A stretch of 64,000 nt of DNA from a virus (IMGVR_UViG_3300018080_000152:1-64000); one strand, 5' to 3'; numbered from the stretch's first letter, positions 21,003 through 31,366 are shown. Program-made: numbers and translations. The notes: a model not told the origin generated them from the sequence alone.

Positions 21003-22687
21003 TTATTTTGTTCTCTTACTCGTTGAATGTATGGCGGAACCGCTTCCTGAATAAGGCCAGTGCGCCGTTGTTCCCAATAATTACGTGTTTCACACAAATC
21101 TATTAGAGATGCTATTGCCTCTGCTTGACCAAATGGCCTATATTGTGGCTTATCTACAATGGCGCTATCCTCAGAATAGTGTAAACCACCATAACTAGAT
21201 ACCGCCTGACCATAATTTAGGTCGCGAATCATACGTAGCATGACGTATGAATTTATTTCATCCACTTCGCCCCAGATGTTTGCCACACCCCATCTCACAA
21301 AATCTTCAATCGATAGGTTGTCTGGAATGTTTAGATTTGGATTTTTTGCTGCACATTCTGAGTCCCATGTTTCTTCATGTGGTCGCAATTCTACTCCGTC
21401 GATAATCTTTTCCCAAACCTTGGATGTGCGGTCCCAATCATAGTGTGTGCGACATGCGCGGTATGCATCGTGGCCAGCTTTTAATCTTAGAGATTCTGGC
21501 TTGCGCAAGAACAATCCAAGCTTTGTAGCTAGGTCTTGGTTGTTTGGCAGCGCACGATAAGCGTGGGTTTCCGACTCTCTGAACATGCGTTCTACTTCAA
21601 TTGGTGTGCCTTTGAGATTTCTCACAACAGAAGCCATTGCGGAATAATCTACTGACATTACTGGGACACCACAAGCGGCAGCCTCAACCTGTGGCATACC
21701 AAACCCTTCACAGATAGCATATTGAATATAGACATCAAAACAGTTAATGATAGCAGCAAGGTCTTGCGTGCTTACACCATTTTGTGAGGTGGGCATATGT
21801 GCTCGTGGTTGTCCACACTTAGGACACGTTTGTACAGCATCATGAAAGAATGATGGGAACACCTTACCGCACTCATGACACATGTATGTACATAAGATTT
21901 TGTGTCCGATGCCTGATTCTCGTATTAGTCTTGGTATGTCCCATCCAATATCTGGATATGCTGTGTGTAGATAAAGAAATGTTTTCTTTCCAATGTCTGG
22001 ATATTGTCTTAGAAACAGCTTAAATGCTTGAATCAAATCTGGGTAGAGCTTGCGTTTTTGGTTACGCATAATTGTACCAACAATATTAACACCTTTCTCA
22101 AAACCCATGGCTTCTCGGTGTGCATCTTTATCTGGAACTGGTTTTAATAATTCGCCGTTCGCTGCCGGTGGAGCTAGACCGCAATAATTGACAGCTTCAT
22201 TGGTTTCTTCCAATAGTGTGTCTCTACCAAATTCAGAATATGCGCATACTGAATCAGCATTGATGTATGTAGCTAACCAATTTTCCATTTGAGGGGCGCT
22301 ATCAACCGTTGGCATAATAGCCCAATGAAAGTTCTTGCGAAATGGCGAGCGTGCTGTGTATTCAAACATCCACCAGTCACGTATATCCAAAACAACATCA
22401 GGCTTGAAGTCCAAGCAGATTTCTTCTAATCTCCACGCCCCCCATTGATTGGCAGCTTGTGAGTTGTAGTGCTCTGCTTGTTCATCGTTGTCTGGCATGC
22501 AACCATAATAGGTCCATGGTATAGTACGACCACGAGGGTCATTATAGTGACCATACCCACCAAGCTCAGCTATTTCATATTTTCCAGTAGCATGTAATCG
22601 TGATAGCACTTCGTGTCCATAAATACCATAGCCGGTATTCAGGAACGTTGCCTCACCCATCCACAAAATCCTGGGTTTTCTTGACAT
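20999..22687 (-). CDS. Glycosyltransferase family 4 with inserted Zn ribbon
   Basis: RNQKRK; EGFGMPQVEAAACGVP; CHECG...CPKCG. Confidence 0.9.
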   Translation of the reverse strand: MSRKPRILWMGEATFLNTGYGIYGHEVLSRLHATGKYEIAELGGYGHYNDPRGRTIPWTYYGCMPDNDEQAEHYNSQAANQWGAWRLEEICLDFKPDVVLDIRDWWMFEYTARSPFRKNFHWAIMPTVDSAPQMENWLATYINADSVCAYSEFGRDTLLEETNEAVNYCGLAPPAANGELLKPVPDKDAHREAMGFEKGVNIVGTIMRNQKRKLYPDLIQAFKLFLRQYPDIGKKTFLYLHTAYPDIGWDIPRLIRESGIGHKILCTYMCHECGKVFPSFFHDAVQTCPKCGQPRAHMPTSQNGVSTQDLAAIINCFDVYIQYAICEGFGMPQVEAAACGVPVMSVDYSAMASVVRNLKGTPIEVERMFRESETHAYRALPNNQDLATKLGLFLRKPESLRLKAGHDAYRACRTHYDWDRTSKVWEKIIDGVELRPHEETWDSECAAKNPNLNIPDNLSIEDFVRWGVANIWGEVDEINSYVMLRMIRDLNYGQAVSSYGGLHYSEDSAIVDKPQYRPFGQAEAIASLIDLCETRNYWEQRRTGLIQEAVPPYIQRVREQNK

Positions 22688-23036
22688 TCTTTCGTCCTAA
22701 TAATACGCTTTGAAAATTAAACTTGTCTACTCTAAACACTACACGATTTATCTTAGTTCCATCATCTAGTGTGACTGCATAACTACAAGCCGAAGCTCTA
22801 TCTATTACAAGTAGCTCACCCTTTTTACAGAATTTTGCCACAGTTTCGGCAGCAGTATCCCATATTTCAAAATCTAAAAATTGTGTTTGCTCCACAGTAG
22901 TTTTGTCAGATTTTTTGAATTGTCTATTAACAGCTAGTGTAAAATTTGTCAGAGCGATGGGATTCTTTCCAGGTCGCTCGTGACTAGTAAGTACCGGGTC
23001 TGCCGCTAATCTCCCAACAAAATGACATTCATTCAT
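22653..23036 (-). CDS. ssb: Single-stranded DNA-binding protein
   Basis: MNECHFVGRLAADP...NFTLAVNR...FLDFEIW..AE.VAKFCKKG. Confidence 0.9.
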   Translation of the reverse strand: MNECHFVGRLAADPVLTSHERPGKNPIALTNFTLAVNRQFKKSDKTTVEQTQFLDFEIWDTAAETVAKFCKKGELLVIDRASACSYAVTLDDGTKINRVVFRVDKFNFQSVLLGRKNVKKTQDFVDG

Positions 23037-23626
23037 TGATTCACTCCTTGTAATTCCTCGTCATCTGTTCCAAGCGTAAATAATTCACGAATTAACATAA
23101 AGCCTTCCAATAGTCCTTCGCTATCAGCTATTTCATCGTGTTTATCAGAAAAGCCATTTCTACAACCATCTGTGACAATTGCATCAAGTTTTTCTTCCTT
23201 CATTATATCGCTCATATCCATGAATGGACTTAAATTTATGCTGTTGAAGTCTTCATATGATAACGTTTCCTTGCCAGACATAAACTTAATCATAGACGTA
23301 TCATATTCCATTCTTATGCACTGAGATATAATAGTGTATATTATATATGCTCTTTGTACATACATTGGACATGATATAGTCCATTCACACAATTCTTGTC
23401 CATCTTCGTCATACGCACATACAAAGACTCCTTCTGGTTTATACTCGTGGTATAACCTTGAGAAGGCAACCACTGGATATTCGACGCGCCCTGGAAAGTG
23501 TGTAACACAACCAGTATCGGTCTTCTTTACGACGACCCGATATTCATTACGGTCGAGAATTTCTTCGACTGTATTCGGGGATTTTTCTTCGGTGTTGTTG
23601 TTTATCATATCTATTGTACCAGCCAA
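23033..23626 (-). CDS. Hypothetical protein
   Basis: ORF in operon. Confidence 0.5.
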   Translation of the reverse strand: MAGTIDMINNNTEEKSPNTVEEILDRNEYRVVVKKTDTGCVTHFPGRVEYPVVAFSRLYHEYKPEGVFVCAYDEDGQELCEWTISCPMYVQRAYIIYTIISQCIRMEYDTSMIKFMSGKETLSYEDFNSINLSPFMDMSDIMKEEKLDAIVTDGCRNGFSDKHDEIADSEGLLEGFMLIRELFTLGTDDEELQGVNQ

Positions 23627-23642
23627 ACCTCGTTGCTGTCAA

Positions 23643-25529
23643 CTATATCTGCCAAACTTTTTGAATAACAAACGAACTATTACCTTTGCGCGTGTTTTTT
23701 TCTCCCTGCACTAAGACGGTATTGCCCTCATACAAAATATGATTGTTCTCTCTCCACACATCTGAAAATACCACAGCGTCGTCTATTGCACAGGAACTAT
23801 CAGACATACCAATAAAGGCCATCTTCTGACCAGGATTCTTTCCTCGCTTAGTTTTCACTTCTTTTGTTCTTGTGATTTCTACGGCCAATACAGTATATCC
23901 GCTATGTCCCATCAACACTTCTTTGCATGTACAATTAGCCTCAACTGCTTTTTCACAACCGTCAACCTTACTACAGGTTATGGACGCCCCCAAGTATTTA
24001 TCTTCACACCAAGCAATATAGTCAGCAGTATCATGTAATTTGTATGGAGGCTTCGCTAGTAGCTCTGCGAGGTCAGACACTATCTTTACGCGCTTGGCGT
24101 TGTGGCATCCACCACCTTCTTTTTTGGTGCTGCCACATTCACGCAAGGCACTCAATAGATTTCCATAGCGCTTATCGGTGTTCTGTGTCAGAATCCACTC
24201 TTGTTCTTTCTTGGTTAGCTTATTCCACACACCAATCTCGTATAACATAGACGTGCGTGATTTCTTTAAGTAATCTAAACCACCAGAGGAAATTATGGCT
24301 TCATTAACTGTAACCGGAACGTTATTTGCAAACAACAACAGATAATCCATCCAAGACCAATCATAAACATCTTTACCAGATGACTCGCGTGCTTCCTTTG
24401 CTTTGTCAAACACTTTAAGCAAGGCAGCATTCCCTATTTGTTTGATGTCTCCAATCCCAAAGTAAATCTTATTGTCTTTCACGTATGGGATATCTTCTTG
24501 GTCTCTAAAATCTGGGACGCAAACCTCTACGTCTGCGAGCTTGGCATCGTTGACCAACTCATACACTTCCTCCCCGGTGTCTTGTTTCCACTGAGCACCA
24601 TCTAAATAAGAGCAGTAAAACTGGACGGGGAAGTGAGCTTTAACATAGGCGGTCCAGTAGCCACCCTCCCCATAACACACGGCGTGGGATTTGTTGAAGG
24701 AGTACCGCTGAGATTCACGAATCCAGCCGAAGATTTCCTGGGCCTGTTCCTTGCTCACAATCCCCTGCGAAGAACAACCGGATTCAAAGTCGCCCCACAC
24801 CTTAGCCATAATATCGGCTTTCTTCTTACCAATAGCTTTGCGCAATATGTCAGCTTGTTGCAAGTCAAATCCGGCCAGTGTTACGGCAATATTCATGCTC
24901 TGTTCTTGGTATGTGAGAACACCATACGTGGTGTTTAGTATGGGCTCCAACGCAGGATGTAGATACTCAACTGCTTCCACAAGGTGTTTTCTATCCTTGT
25001 AGTGTTCGGTCATAGACTTGGCTGGAAAGATTTCCATGTCTTCATCTTCAACTAAAGCCGTGCCGTCATAGCCAGGAAACCAGAGTTGGGTTTGCCCCTT
25101 GCGATTGCTTTTATGTCTTACTAGCTCATGTTTGTTGTGGTCTAATATGACACGCGACTGACCATTTAACTCGCCAGTCTCTTCGTCAGCAAATTCCAAC
25201 GTGATACCCCTATGGAATCTTACGTAGGGTTTGGACATAGCACGAAGACATCCGGGACGAATCAAACTTACTAAAGCTCCTAGTTCTTCCAAGCTTTCTG
25301 GTTTAATATGCATAGCCCAGGTTTTTCCAAGATGGCCTTCAAGCTGAAACACACCCTTAGTGCTACCGTCCGCCAGCAAGTTCCATGTGCGTGCGCATGT
25401 ATGTGGAATGTTGTAGATATCCACATCGATACCCAGCGGTAGTTGCCCTTGATGGGCGTCACCATCTATAATATCGTCAGTTCCAATAATTGGGAACTGG
25501 CAGCCGCAGTTGTATATTAGTTTACCCAT
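23643..25529 (-). CDS. dnaE: DNA polymerase III alpha, C-terminal half (fingers, HhH, OB)
   Basis: TKGVFQLE, LIRPG, TYGVLTYQEQ, ADILRKAIGKK, YSFNKSHA, MAFI..SD OB-fold. Confidence 0.92.
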   Translation of the reverse strand: MGKLIYNCGCQFPIIGTDDIIDGDAHQGQLPLGIDVDIYNIPHTCARTWNLLADGSTKGVFQLEGHLGKTWAMHIKPESLEELGALVSLIRPGCLRAMSKPYVRFHRGITLEFADEETGELNGQSRVILDHNKHELVRHKSNRKGQTQLWFPGYDGTALVEDEDMEIFPAKSMTEHYKDRKHLVEAVEYLHPALEPILNTTYGVLTYQEQSMNIAVTLAGFDLQQADILRKAIGKKKADIMAKVWGDFESGCSSQGIVSKEQAQEIFGWIRESQRYSFNKSHAVCYGEGGYWTAYVKAHFPVQFYCSYLDGAQWKQDTGEEVYELVNDAKLADVEVCVPDFRDQEDIPYVKDNKIYFGIGDIKQIGNAALLKVFDKAKEARESSGKDVYDWSWMDYLLLFANNVPVTVNEAIISSGGLDYLKKSRTSMLYEIGVWNKLTKKEQEWILTQNTDKRYGNLLSALRECGSTKKEGGGCHNAKRVKIVSDLAELLAKPPYKLHDTADYIAWCEDKYLGASITCSKVDGCEKAVEANCTCKEVLMGHSGYTVLAVEITRTKEVKTKRGKNPGQKMAFIGMSDSSCAIDDAVVFSDVWRENNHILYEGNTVLVQGEKNTRKGNSSFVIQKVWQI

Positions 25530-25793
25530 TTATTTTACCCAACTTAGAGACCAACTATCGCCTGGGGCGCTTTCAATGCCTCCCCACACACCATGGAAGT
25601 ATAATGGATAATCCTTACCAAAACACTGTTTAGTAGGACACCACAATTCTTCTCTTTTGCAACTTTCGTATGCCTTCCGCATTGCCTCTTTTCTTTTGAT
25701 GGTTTCTGTGTCATCCTCGTACCAATCAATTTCCGGCGGCTGGGTGCGGTCCTCAACATACTCCATTTTATTACCGCATAATGGACAATACAC
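25530..25793 (-). CDS. Small Zn-finger hypothetical protein
   Basis: MYCPLCG...WCPTKQC. Confidence 0.5.
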   Translation of the reverse strand: MYCPLCGNKMEYVEDRTQPPEIDWYEDDTETIKRKEAMRKAYESCKREELWCPTKQCFGKDYPLYFHGVWGGIESAPGDSWSLSWVK

Positions 25794-26104
25794 TATACTG
25801 TTCTCCTTACGTCTTTCACACGTCTTTCAAATTCTTTCCAATCTCTTGTCCACAAATAAGCAAATTGGTTGTCTAAACTACTGCCAGCATTTTTACACAC
25901 ACACTTATCTAGTACGAAATCTATGATGTCATTTAGGTGCTTGATTTTAGATTCCAACGCCACTATTTCTGTTGGACAAATGGTCGTGTAAATACTACGG
26001 CCAATGTCAGCAGAGTGACCAATGCGCGGTCCTGGGTGTCCCATAACTATGCTCCTAACAACAACGTGTTCCAAGTAGCAACTGAATGTTTTCAGTTCCA
26101 ACAC
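25793..26104 (-). CDS. Hypothetical protein
   Basis: Fills the operon; true start probably downstream of 26104. Confidence 0.4.
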   Translation of the reverse strand: MLELKTFSCYLEHVVVRSIVMGHPGPRIGHSADIGRSIYTTICPTEIVALESKIKHLNDIIDFVLDKCVCKNAGSSLDNQFAYLWTRDWKEFERRVKDVRRTV

Positions 26105-26429
26105 CGTGTTCGGATGCTATGCTACTAGCCATAACAGCCAAGTCTTCCAGCGTATACTGTTTGTTGTCTATTTGACCACAGTCTATATCTGCCAAGACCT
26201 GCCCCATGATAAAGCTATTGTCATCACTAAAGATGTCCTTCTCGTAACAAACTTCATGTAGGGCTTCTGAAAAATCATCTGGGTCATTCACATCTAAGTT
26301 ATGTTTTTTAATGTAAGCTGCTATTTCAGTTTTGAATATAACAGCTATATCATCATTACTTAGTCTATAACCAAGCATTATGAATGACGACGTACTACTA
26401 TTACTTACGAATCCACTTCTAACTTTCAT
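26055..26429 (-). CDS. 'GFVSNSSxSSF' motif family phage protein
   Basis: N-terminus MKVRSGFVSNSSTSSFI. Confidence 0.7.
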   Translation of the reverse strand: MKVRSGFVSNSSTSSFIMLGYRLSNDDIAVIFKTEIAAYIKKHNLDVNDPDDFSEALHEVCYEKDIFSDDNSFIMGQVLADIDCGQIDNKQYTLEDLAVMASSIASEHGVGTENIQLLLGTRCC

Positions 26430-26698
26430 ATTGGTTTCTCCATTACATAAACAATAATTTTTTCAATCCTGTTTTCAATTGGCAGCCACTTAACCTCCAC
26501 AACTTCCAGCGCTTCATGTTCAACATACATGAAATCTCCAACACGAGGTACTGCTAAACACAATATCGGGTCATGCAGCTTTTGTTTTAATGTGCCGTCT
26601 TCATGCATGAGATACACTGCTATTTTAGGTATTATATCTACTAGGTCAACATTCATATTAGTACACCTTATATAATTTAGGACGTGGGTCTGGGTCAT
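26426..26698 (-). CDS. Hypothetical protein
   Basis: Overlapping ORF with a VPRVGD motif. Confidence 0.5.
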   Translation of the reverse strand: MTQTHVLNYIRCTNMNVDLVDIIPKIAVYLMHEDGTLKQKLHDPILCLAVPRVGDFMYVEHEALEVVEVKWLPIENRIEKIIVYVMEKPI

Positions 26699-26845
26699 GT
26701 TCGTTGTTTATTCGTTGTCCCCAGATTTCAAATCGAGACTGGCCTGCTTGCCAATGTAACTTCCAACCCAATAACCACGCTATGGGATTCATACAGTGAC
26801 ATGCTGTGCGCACAGGCCAATACCACGGATAGTCTTTGGCTAACG

Positions 26846-27517
26846 TCATGCGAAACATCCCTTCATTTCCAAGCGACGGCGACCATCCTCATTGGGGCTG
26901 GTCATATATTGGCCGAGCTTTATTAAGCGCTGGGCTATTTTCGCCGTCCATTCCACATCCCACATAGCATCATGTGCTCCTTGCTCAATCTCTTCCTTGG
27001 GAACTCCCATCCACTCAAGTACGGTTGTCAGCTTCAAGTTCTTTAGCTCTGGATTATTCCTGTGCCAAAACCACATATGTTCCATGACATCAAAGTGAAA
27101 CACTGGATTCAACAACGTTTGATTACCCCATTTGTTGTCCCAGTATCCGTACTTCTGACAATACCTATTCATAATTGGCATGTCAAAGTTGTCGCCGCCA
27201 TAGTAAACTGGCGTGGGCGCACCAAACGTATTCTTTTGTTTGTTGATGTTGTGCTTCTGTATCCAAGCTGCCCATGTGGGAAACATCACAGATGCTTCTG
27301 GGGCATCCATCAACTGCTCTTTGGTTAGCCCATTAACACGCAGCGCTTCATCCTCTAGACTTTCAAAGTCCTCTGGTTTCATCAGTGTCTTAAATGTGTC
27401 TTTGACCGCTAATGAATTTCTATCCAGAATGAGAGCCCCAATCTGAATCACTTCGCAAGTTTTAGAGTCTTTTCCGCCTGTCTCAAAATCGAACACACAT
27501 AGATGTCTGTTATCCAT
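26846..27517 (-). CDS. dnaQ: DEDDh 3'-5' exonuclease (Pol III epsilon-like)
   Basis: VFDFETGG (ExoI), NFDMP (ExoII), AHDAMWD (ExoIII). Confidence 0.88.
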   Translation of the reverse strand: MDNRHLCVFDFETGGKDSKTCEVIQIGALILDRNSLAVKDTFKTLMKPEDFESLEDEALRVNGLTKEQLMDAPEASVMFPTWAAWIQKHNINKQKNTFGAPTPVYYGGDNFDMPIMNRYCQKYGYWDNKWGNQTLLNPVFHFDVMEHMWFWHRNNPELKNLKLTTVLEWMGVPKEEIEQGAHDAMWDVEWTAKIAQRLIKLGQYMTSPNEDGRRRLEMKGCFA

Positions 27518-27529
27518 TGGCCTTATCCA

Positions 27530-28177
27530 TTAATTAGTTAATTGTTGAGTAGATATTTTCATACATAAATCCAAAAATCGTTCCATTGTCAAATCCCATT
27601 TCATAGTATTGACATTCTTGTGCAACCATTGCACATTTCCTTCTTCGTATGGTTTTGCGCTATCAATCCTGTCTAACGATGCGTCAACATTCATGGTAAG
27701 CGATTCACCAGATAGAGCACATTTGCGACCTTGTTGTTCAAACAGTTGCCATATATAGTCGATTGTGATATTGAGTTCAATATGACGACTTTTTGCATTT
27801 GTGCGTAATGCTTTCCAAAGTCTCTTACCTATGTGGTCGTGGTCTGGGGATTGATTTGGTCTCAAACACCCACACGAATTGGTGTTGCCGCTGGTTAAAG
27901 CGTATCTTTTAACCTTAAATTCATTTCCACAATCACACTTACATAAACACACCGGATGGCCACTGTCGCTCTTGGTAAAATACGGGTCTATAACCACAAG
28001 CTTACCTATGCGAGCGCCACTTTCTATTCTGCGTCTTTTGCGAAATCCATATTTAGTATTTGCCAAGTAAGAAATATTAGATTTGTGACATCCCAGTTCG
28101 CTTGCTATGTCTTCCGCTCGTCTGTTTTTTGTGACATATTCTTCATACAGCCACTCTTTTGTAACTTCAATTGCCAT
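27530..28177 (-). CDS. HNH-type homing endonuclease with HTH
   Basis: CKCDCG...SCGC; KCALSG; ASLDRIDSAKPYEEGNVQWLHKNVNTMK. Confidence 0.82.
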   Translation of the reverse strand: MAIEVTKEWLYEEYVTKNRRAEDIASELGCHKSNISYLANTKYGFRKRRRIESGARIGKLVVIDPYFTKSDSGHPVCLCKCDCGNEFKVKRYALTSGNTNSCGCLRPNQSPDHDHIGKRLWKALRTNAKSRHIELNITIDYIWQLFEQQGRKCALSGESLTMNVDASLDRIDSAKPYEEGNVQWLHKNVNTMKWDLTMERFLDLCMKISTQQLTN

Positions 28178-28218
28178 ATAACTGCTCCCATGAAATAAAG
28201 TAAACCTTGATTTACTTT

Positions 28219-28228
28219 ATTATACACC
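28219..28228 (-). promoter_or_regulatory. GGTGTATAAT promoter of the HNH gene
   Basis: Recurrent motif ~40 nt upstream of the ATG. Confidence 0.6.
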
Positions 28229-28243
28229 ACAACTAGATAAATC

Positions 28244-30199
28244 TTATCTCAATTTACCATATTTGAGTAAATTTAGTGCTCCGTGAACCTTGTCGAGAAA
28301 GGCCACCCCTAGAAAGTCAAACTTAACATGTCCCATTGCCTCTAAATCTCCCATTTCCATACCAGCTATCATCTGACCGGTGCTTTTGTCATATATCATA
28401 GGACAAATTTCACACAAAGGCTTTTGTGAGATAATCACACCAGCAGCGTGTTTACTCTGTGACTTCTTCGTTCCTTCAATCCGAATGGCCTGTTCAAATA
28501 TACGAGCCATTGGTCCTTGAATACGACCTTCGTCATCCAAGTAGGCCCATTGTTTAAGTTCCTCCGAATTGTGTTCCAGCGCCCACTGAATAATAGAGGC
28601 TTCGCCGTCACCACCAGCCTTCTTATCCAGTTCTCGCATGGCCTGCAACTGGTCGCTAATTTCAGCCTCGTCTGGGATGAACTTGGTGAGCATATTAACT
28701 TCTTCGTGGCTCATAGCAGCGTGAGCGCGCACCACGTCTTTAATTGCTCCGCGCCCTTGCAAGCGCGTGAACGTAAGCATCTGGGCCACTCGGTCGTGAC
28801 CATACTTATCTTTCACATAATCGATGATACGACCACGATTGCGAATCTCAAAGTCCATATCCACATCCGGCAAACTGACACGCTCGGCTGTATTACGACC
28901 CGCATTATAAAATCGCTCAAACAACAGGTCATACTCGATGGGGTCAATGTGAGTTGTGTTTAATAGATATAGCGTGAGAGAGCCAGCGGCAGAACCACGC
29001 CCAGCACCAGTTAATTGTCCATCTTTACGTGCCCAGTCGATAATGTCCCACACGATAAGGAAGTAGTCGGCTAGACCAACTTCGGTCAGCGTCTTATATT
29101 CCATGTTGAGTCTATCCCTATACTCTTGTTCGGTGTGGTCACTAGACTCAATCACTTGTTGAATCTTTGGTAGGCGCATATCCCAGCCCTCATACATGAG
29201 TTGTTTCATGTATTCCTTAGATGGCATGTTGTTAGGACATGGGAATTGAGGAAGCATAGGCGGGTGTGTCAAGTCGTACTCTTCACACATGTCTGCTATT
29301 TTAAGAGTGTTAGCCAATTCTTCTTCTGTGTTACCGCCTTCTATCATTTCATCATACGACGGTATATGATAGTTGTTAGAGCGGAAGAATGTACCCAGAC
29401 CAATTTCTTCACCCCTAACCATCTTCTCGTCAATCTCTTTGAAGTTGGTATTGAGCGCATTACACAACAGAACACGTTGGTCATACGCATCTTCCTTTTC
29501 AGCGTAATGTGCATCTGGCGTTGCGATACATGGAATACCGGTCTTCTTAGAGATATATCGCAGACCTTGAGCAAGAAGGGTCATGGCTGGGTAGTTTTTA
29601 GAATCCATGAGTTGGATTTCAATAAAGAAGTTGCCCTTACCGAAAATCTCTTGAAGCCTCAGCGCTTCTTTTGTGGCTCGTTCAACCCAGTCGCTACGTG
29701 TGTATTGTTTTGCATCTTCTGGCGTGCGACATTGGTCTAAGTCATGCGTATCGGTAAATATACACGAGGCTAAGTGTGAGCCAAGGTGGCCACTAAAGGC
29801 TATCAGGTTTCCATCGGCGTATTCAGCTAACCTATCCAGGTCAAGTCGTGGCTTGTAGTAATAATGTTCTGGCGCGTTAGAAGCACTACTAGCTTGAATT
29901 AGTTGACCCCAACCTTTGGGGTTTTTAGCTAGAACCACAAGGTGGTGGAGTTTGCGGTCGCCGTCTTTAATGGTAGCGTCCTTTGGACATACGTACATTT
30001 CACAACCAATAATTGGCTTCAAGTCTCTGTTGCTCATAGCTTCCATAAAGGATACTGCACCAGCCACAGTTCCGTGGTCGGTAATTGCAGACCCAGGCAG
30101 TCCAAGCTTTATACAGCGCTTAGCAATTTGATTAGGCTTAGAAAGTCCGTCCAATAGACTATAATGGCTATGAACATGTAGTGGGAAATACGTTTTCAT
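28244..30199 (-). CDS. dnaE: DNA polymerase III alpha, N-terminal half (PHP + palm)
   Basis: LHVHSHYSLLDG, AITDHG, GRGSAAGSL, PDVDMDF, SKHAAGV, KFDFLG then stop. Confidence 0.95.
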   Translation of the reverse strand: MKTYFPLHVHSHYSLLDGLSKPNQIAKRCIKLGLPGSAITDHGTVAGAVSFMEAMSNRDLKPIIGCEMYVCPKDATIKDGDRKLHHLVVLAKNPKGWGQLIQASSASNAPEHYYYKPRLDLDRLAEYADGNLIAFSGHLGSHLASCIFTDTHDLDQCRTPEDAKQYTRSDWVERATKEALRLQEIFGKGNFFIEIQLMDSKNYPAMTLLAQGLRYISKKTGIPCIATPDAHYAEKEDAYDQRVLLCNALNTNFKEIDEKMVRGEEIGLGTFFRSNNYHIPSYDEMIEGGNTEEELANTLKIADMCEEYDLTHPPMLPQFPCPNNMPSKEYMKQLMYEGWDMRLPKIQQVIESSDHTEQEYRDRLNMEYKTLTEVGLADYFLIVWDIIDWARKDGQLTGAGRGSAAGSLTLYLLNTTHIDPIEYDLLFERFYNAGRNTAERVSLPDVDMDFEIRNRGRIIDYVKDKYGHDRVAQMLTFTRLQGRGAIKDVVRAHAAMSHEEVNMLTKFIPDEAEISDQLQAMRELDKKAGGDGEASIIQWALEHNSEELKQWAYLDDEGRIQGPMARIFEQAIRIEGTKKSQSKHAAGVIISQKPLCEICPMIYDKSTGQMIAGMEMGDLEAMGHVKFDFLGVAFLDKVHGALNLLKYGKLR

Positions 30200-30202
30200 T
30201 AT

Positions 30203-30634
30203 TCAAAAATTCTCCAAGTTTTGCTTTAGGGTATCTAGAAAACTTTCGTCGAATTCATAAGCAAAACGATTACTACCAAGCTGGTGAGCACGAGCGGGTT
30301 GTTTGTGTGCGTCCATACTGTTAATAATAACCCTTAACAATGTTTTGAGGTCTTCAACTTTTTTCTCTGCGTCTTTATAGCGGTCGTCTATGTCCGTCTG
30401 CTCTGGAACCAGGGCCAGATTTTCGGCTGCAAGCTGTGTGCAAACAGCCAGATTCACAAACGCAGGCAGCAGCACTTGGTGGTCATCTTCTGGTCCAAGA
30501 GACCTCATTTGGTCCCAGAGAGAATCCACCCCGTGTAGTATTATACCATAGGCGTGATGATTGTCAACCACAATCGAATTTATTCTGGCTTGGCTGACCA
30601 ACTCCCAGACCAGTTCGTTAAATGTTTTGTTCAT
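30203..30634 (-). CDS. Hypothetical protein
   Basis: ORF in operon. Confidence 0.5.
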   Translation of the reverse strand: MNKTFNELVWELVSQARINSIVVDNHHAYGIILHGVDSLWDQMRSLGPEDDHQVLLPAFVNLAVCTQLAAENLALVPEQTDIDDRYKDAEKKVEDLKTLLRVIINSMDAHKQPARAHQLGSNRFAYEFDESFLDTLKQNLENF

Positions 30635-30957
30635 AGTAACATCCTAAAAATTCCAATTACCTTTTCCACATCATCCTTTTTACCTCTTTCGTGTGCGGTG
30701 ACCAAAGCTTCCGCCAAATAGCGAATTCTATCATACTCCTCTACGAGTTCTGTCACAGCACTACCAGCAAGCATTTCCTTTGCCTTAGCTGTATCACGTA
30801 GTTGTGCAACAATGGCGTGTGTCATCAACTTTCTGTTAATGTCAATATTGACACGCGGTTGCTGTATTGGTTCAACCTGTGGTTTTTGCTGCATGCTTTC
30901 CACTAGGTTATTCGGGATTTTTCCGCCTAGTGGTACTTTTTGTCTGTGCCGGTTCAT
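30631..30957 (-). CDS. Hypothetical protein
   Basis: ORF in operon. Confidence 0.5.
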   Translation of the reverse strand: MNRHRQKVPLGGKIPNNLVESMQQKPQVEPIQQPRVNIDINRKLMTHAIVAQLRDTAKAKEMLAGSAVTELVEEYDRIRYLAEALVTAHERGKKDDVEKVIGIFRMLL

Positions 30958-31366
30958 CTGTTAAATGCTCCCAAACTGCTAACATGGCTTCGCGAGCCTT
31001 CTTCCATTTTTTCCTCAATTCTGGGTCTGCTATTTTTCTTGGAGCTATATACTCAAAGATACAGTCGCCCAGACCATTATATGAAACATAATCATGAATA
31101 GCTTCGTTGTCCGCTGGCCCAGAAGGTAAGTCTTCCGGTATTGGAATCTTTGGCATGCCCTTTGGTATGTCATAGACCCATAAGCCAGGAGATGCCTCAT
31201 GGTGCCCTAAAGGATGTTCTTTTTTTTTACTACGTTTTTTCTTATTGGGCCTTACGGGAGAGGGCTCCCTCTCTTGCTCAATGAACATGTATCCACAATC
31301 ACATTTGATTTTTCTACAACCGTGCGATGCGCTACACTCGGGACACTCTTTTTTGCCTTTGGCCAT
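30908..31366 (-). CDS. Hypothetical Zn-finger protein
   Basis: KECPEC...CDCGY. Confidence 0.55.
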   Translation of the reverse strand: MAKGKKECPECSASHGCRKIKCDCGYMFIEQEREPSPVRPNKKKRSKKKEHPLGHHEASPGLWVYDIPKGMPKIPIPEDLPSGPADNEAIHDYVSYNGLGDCIFEYIAPRKIADPELRKKWKKAREAMLAVWEHLTDEPAQTKSTTRRKNPE

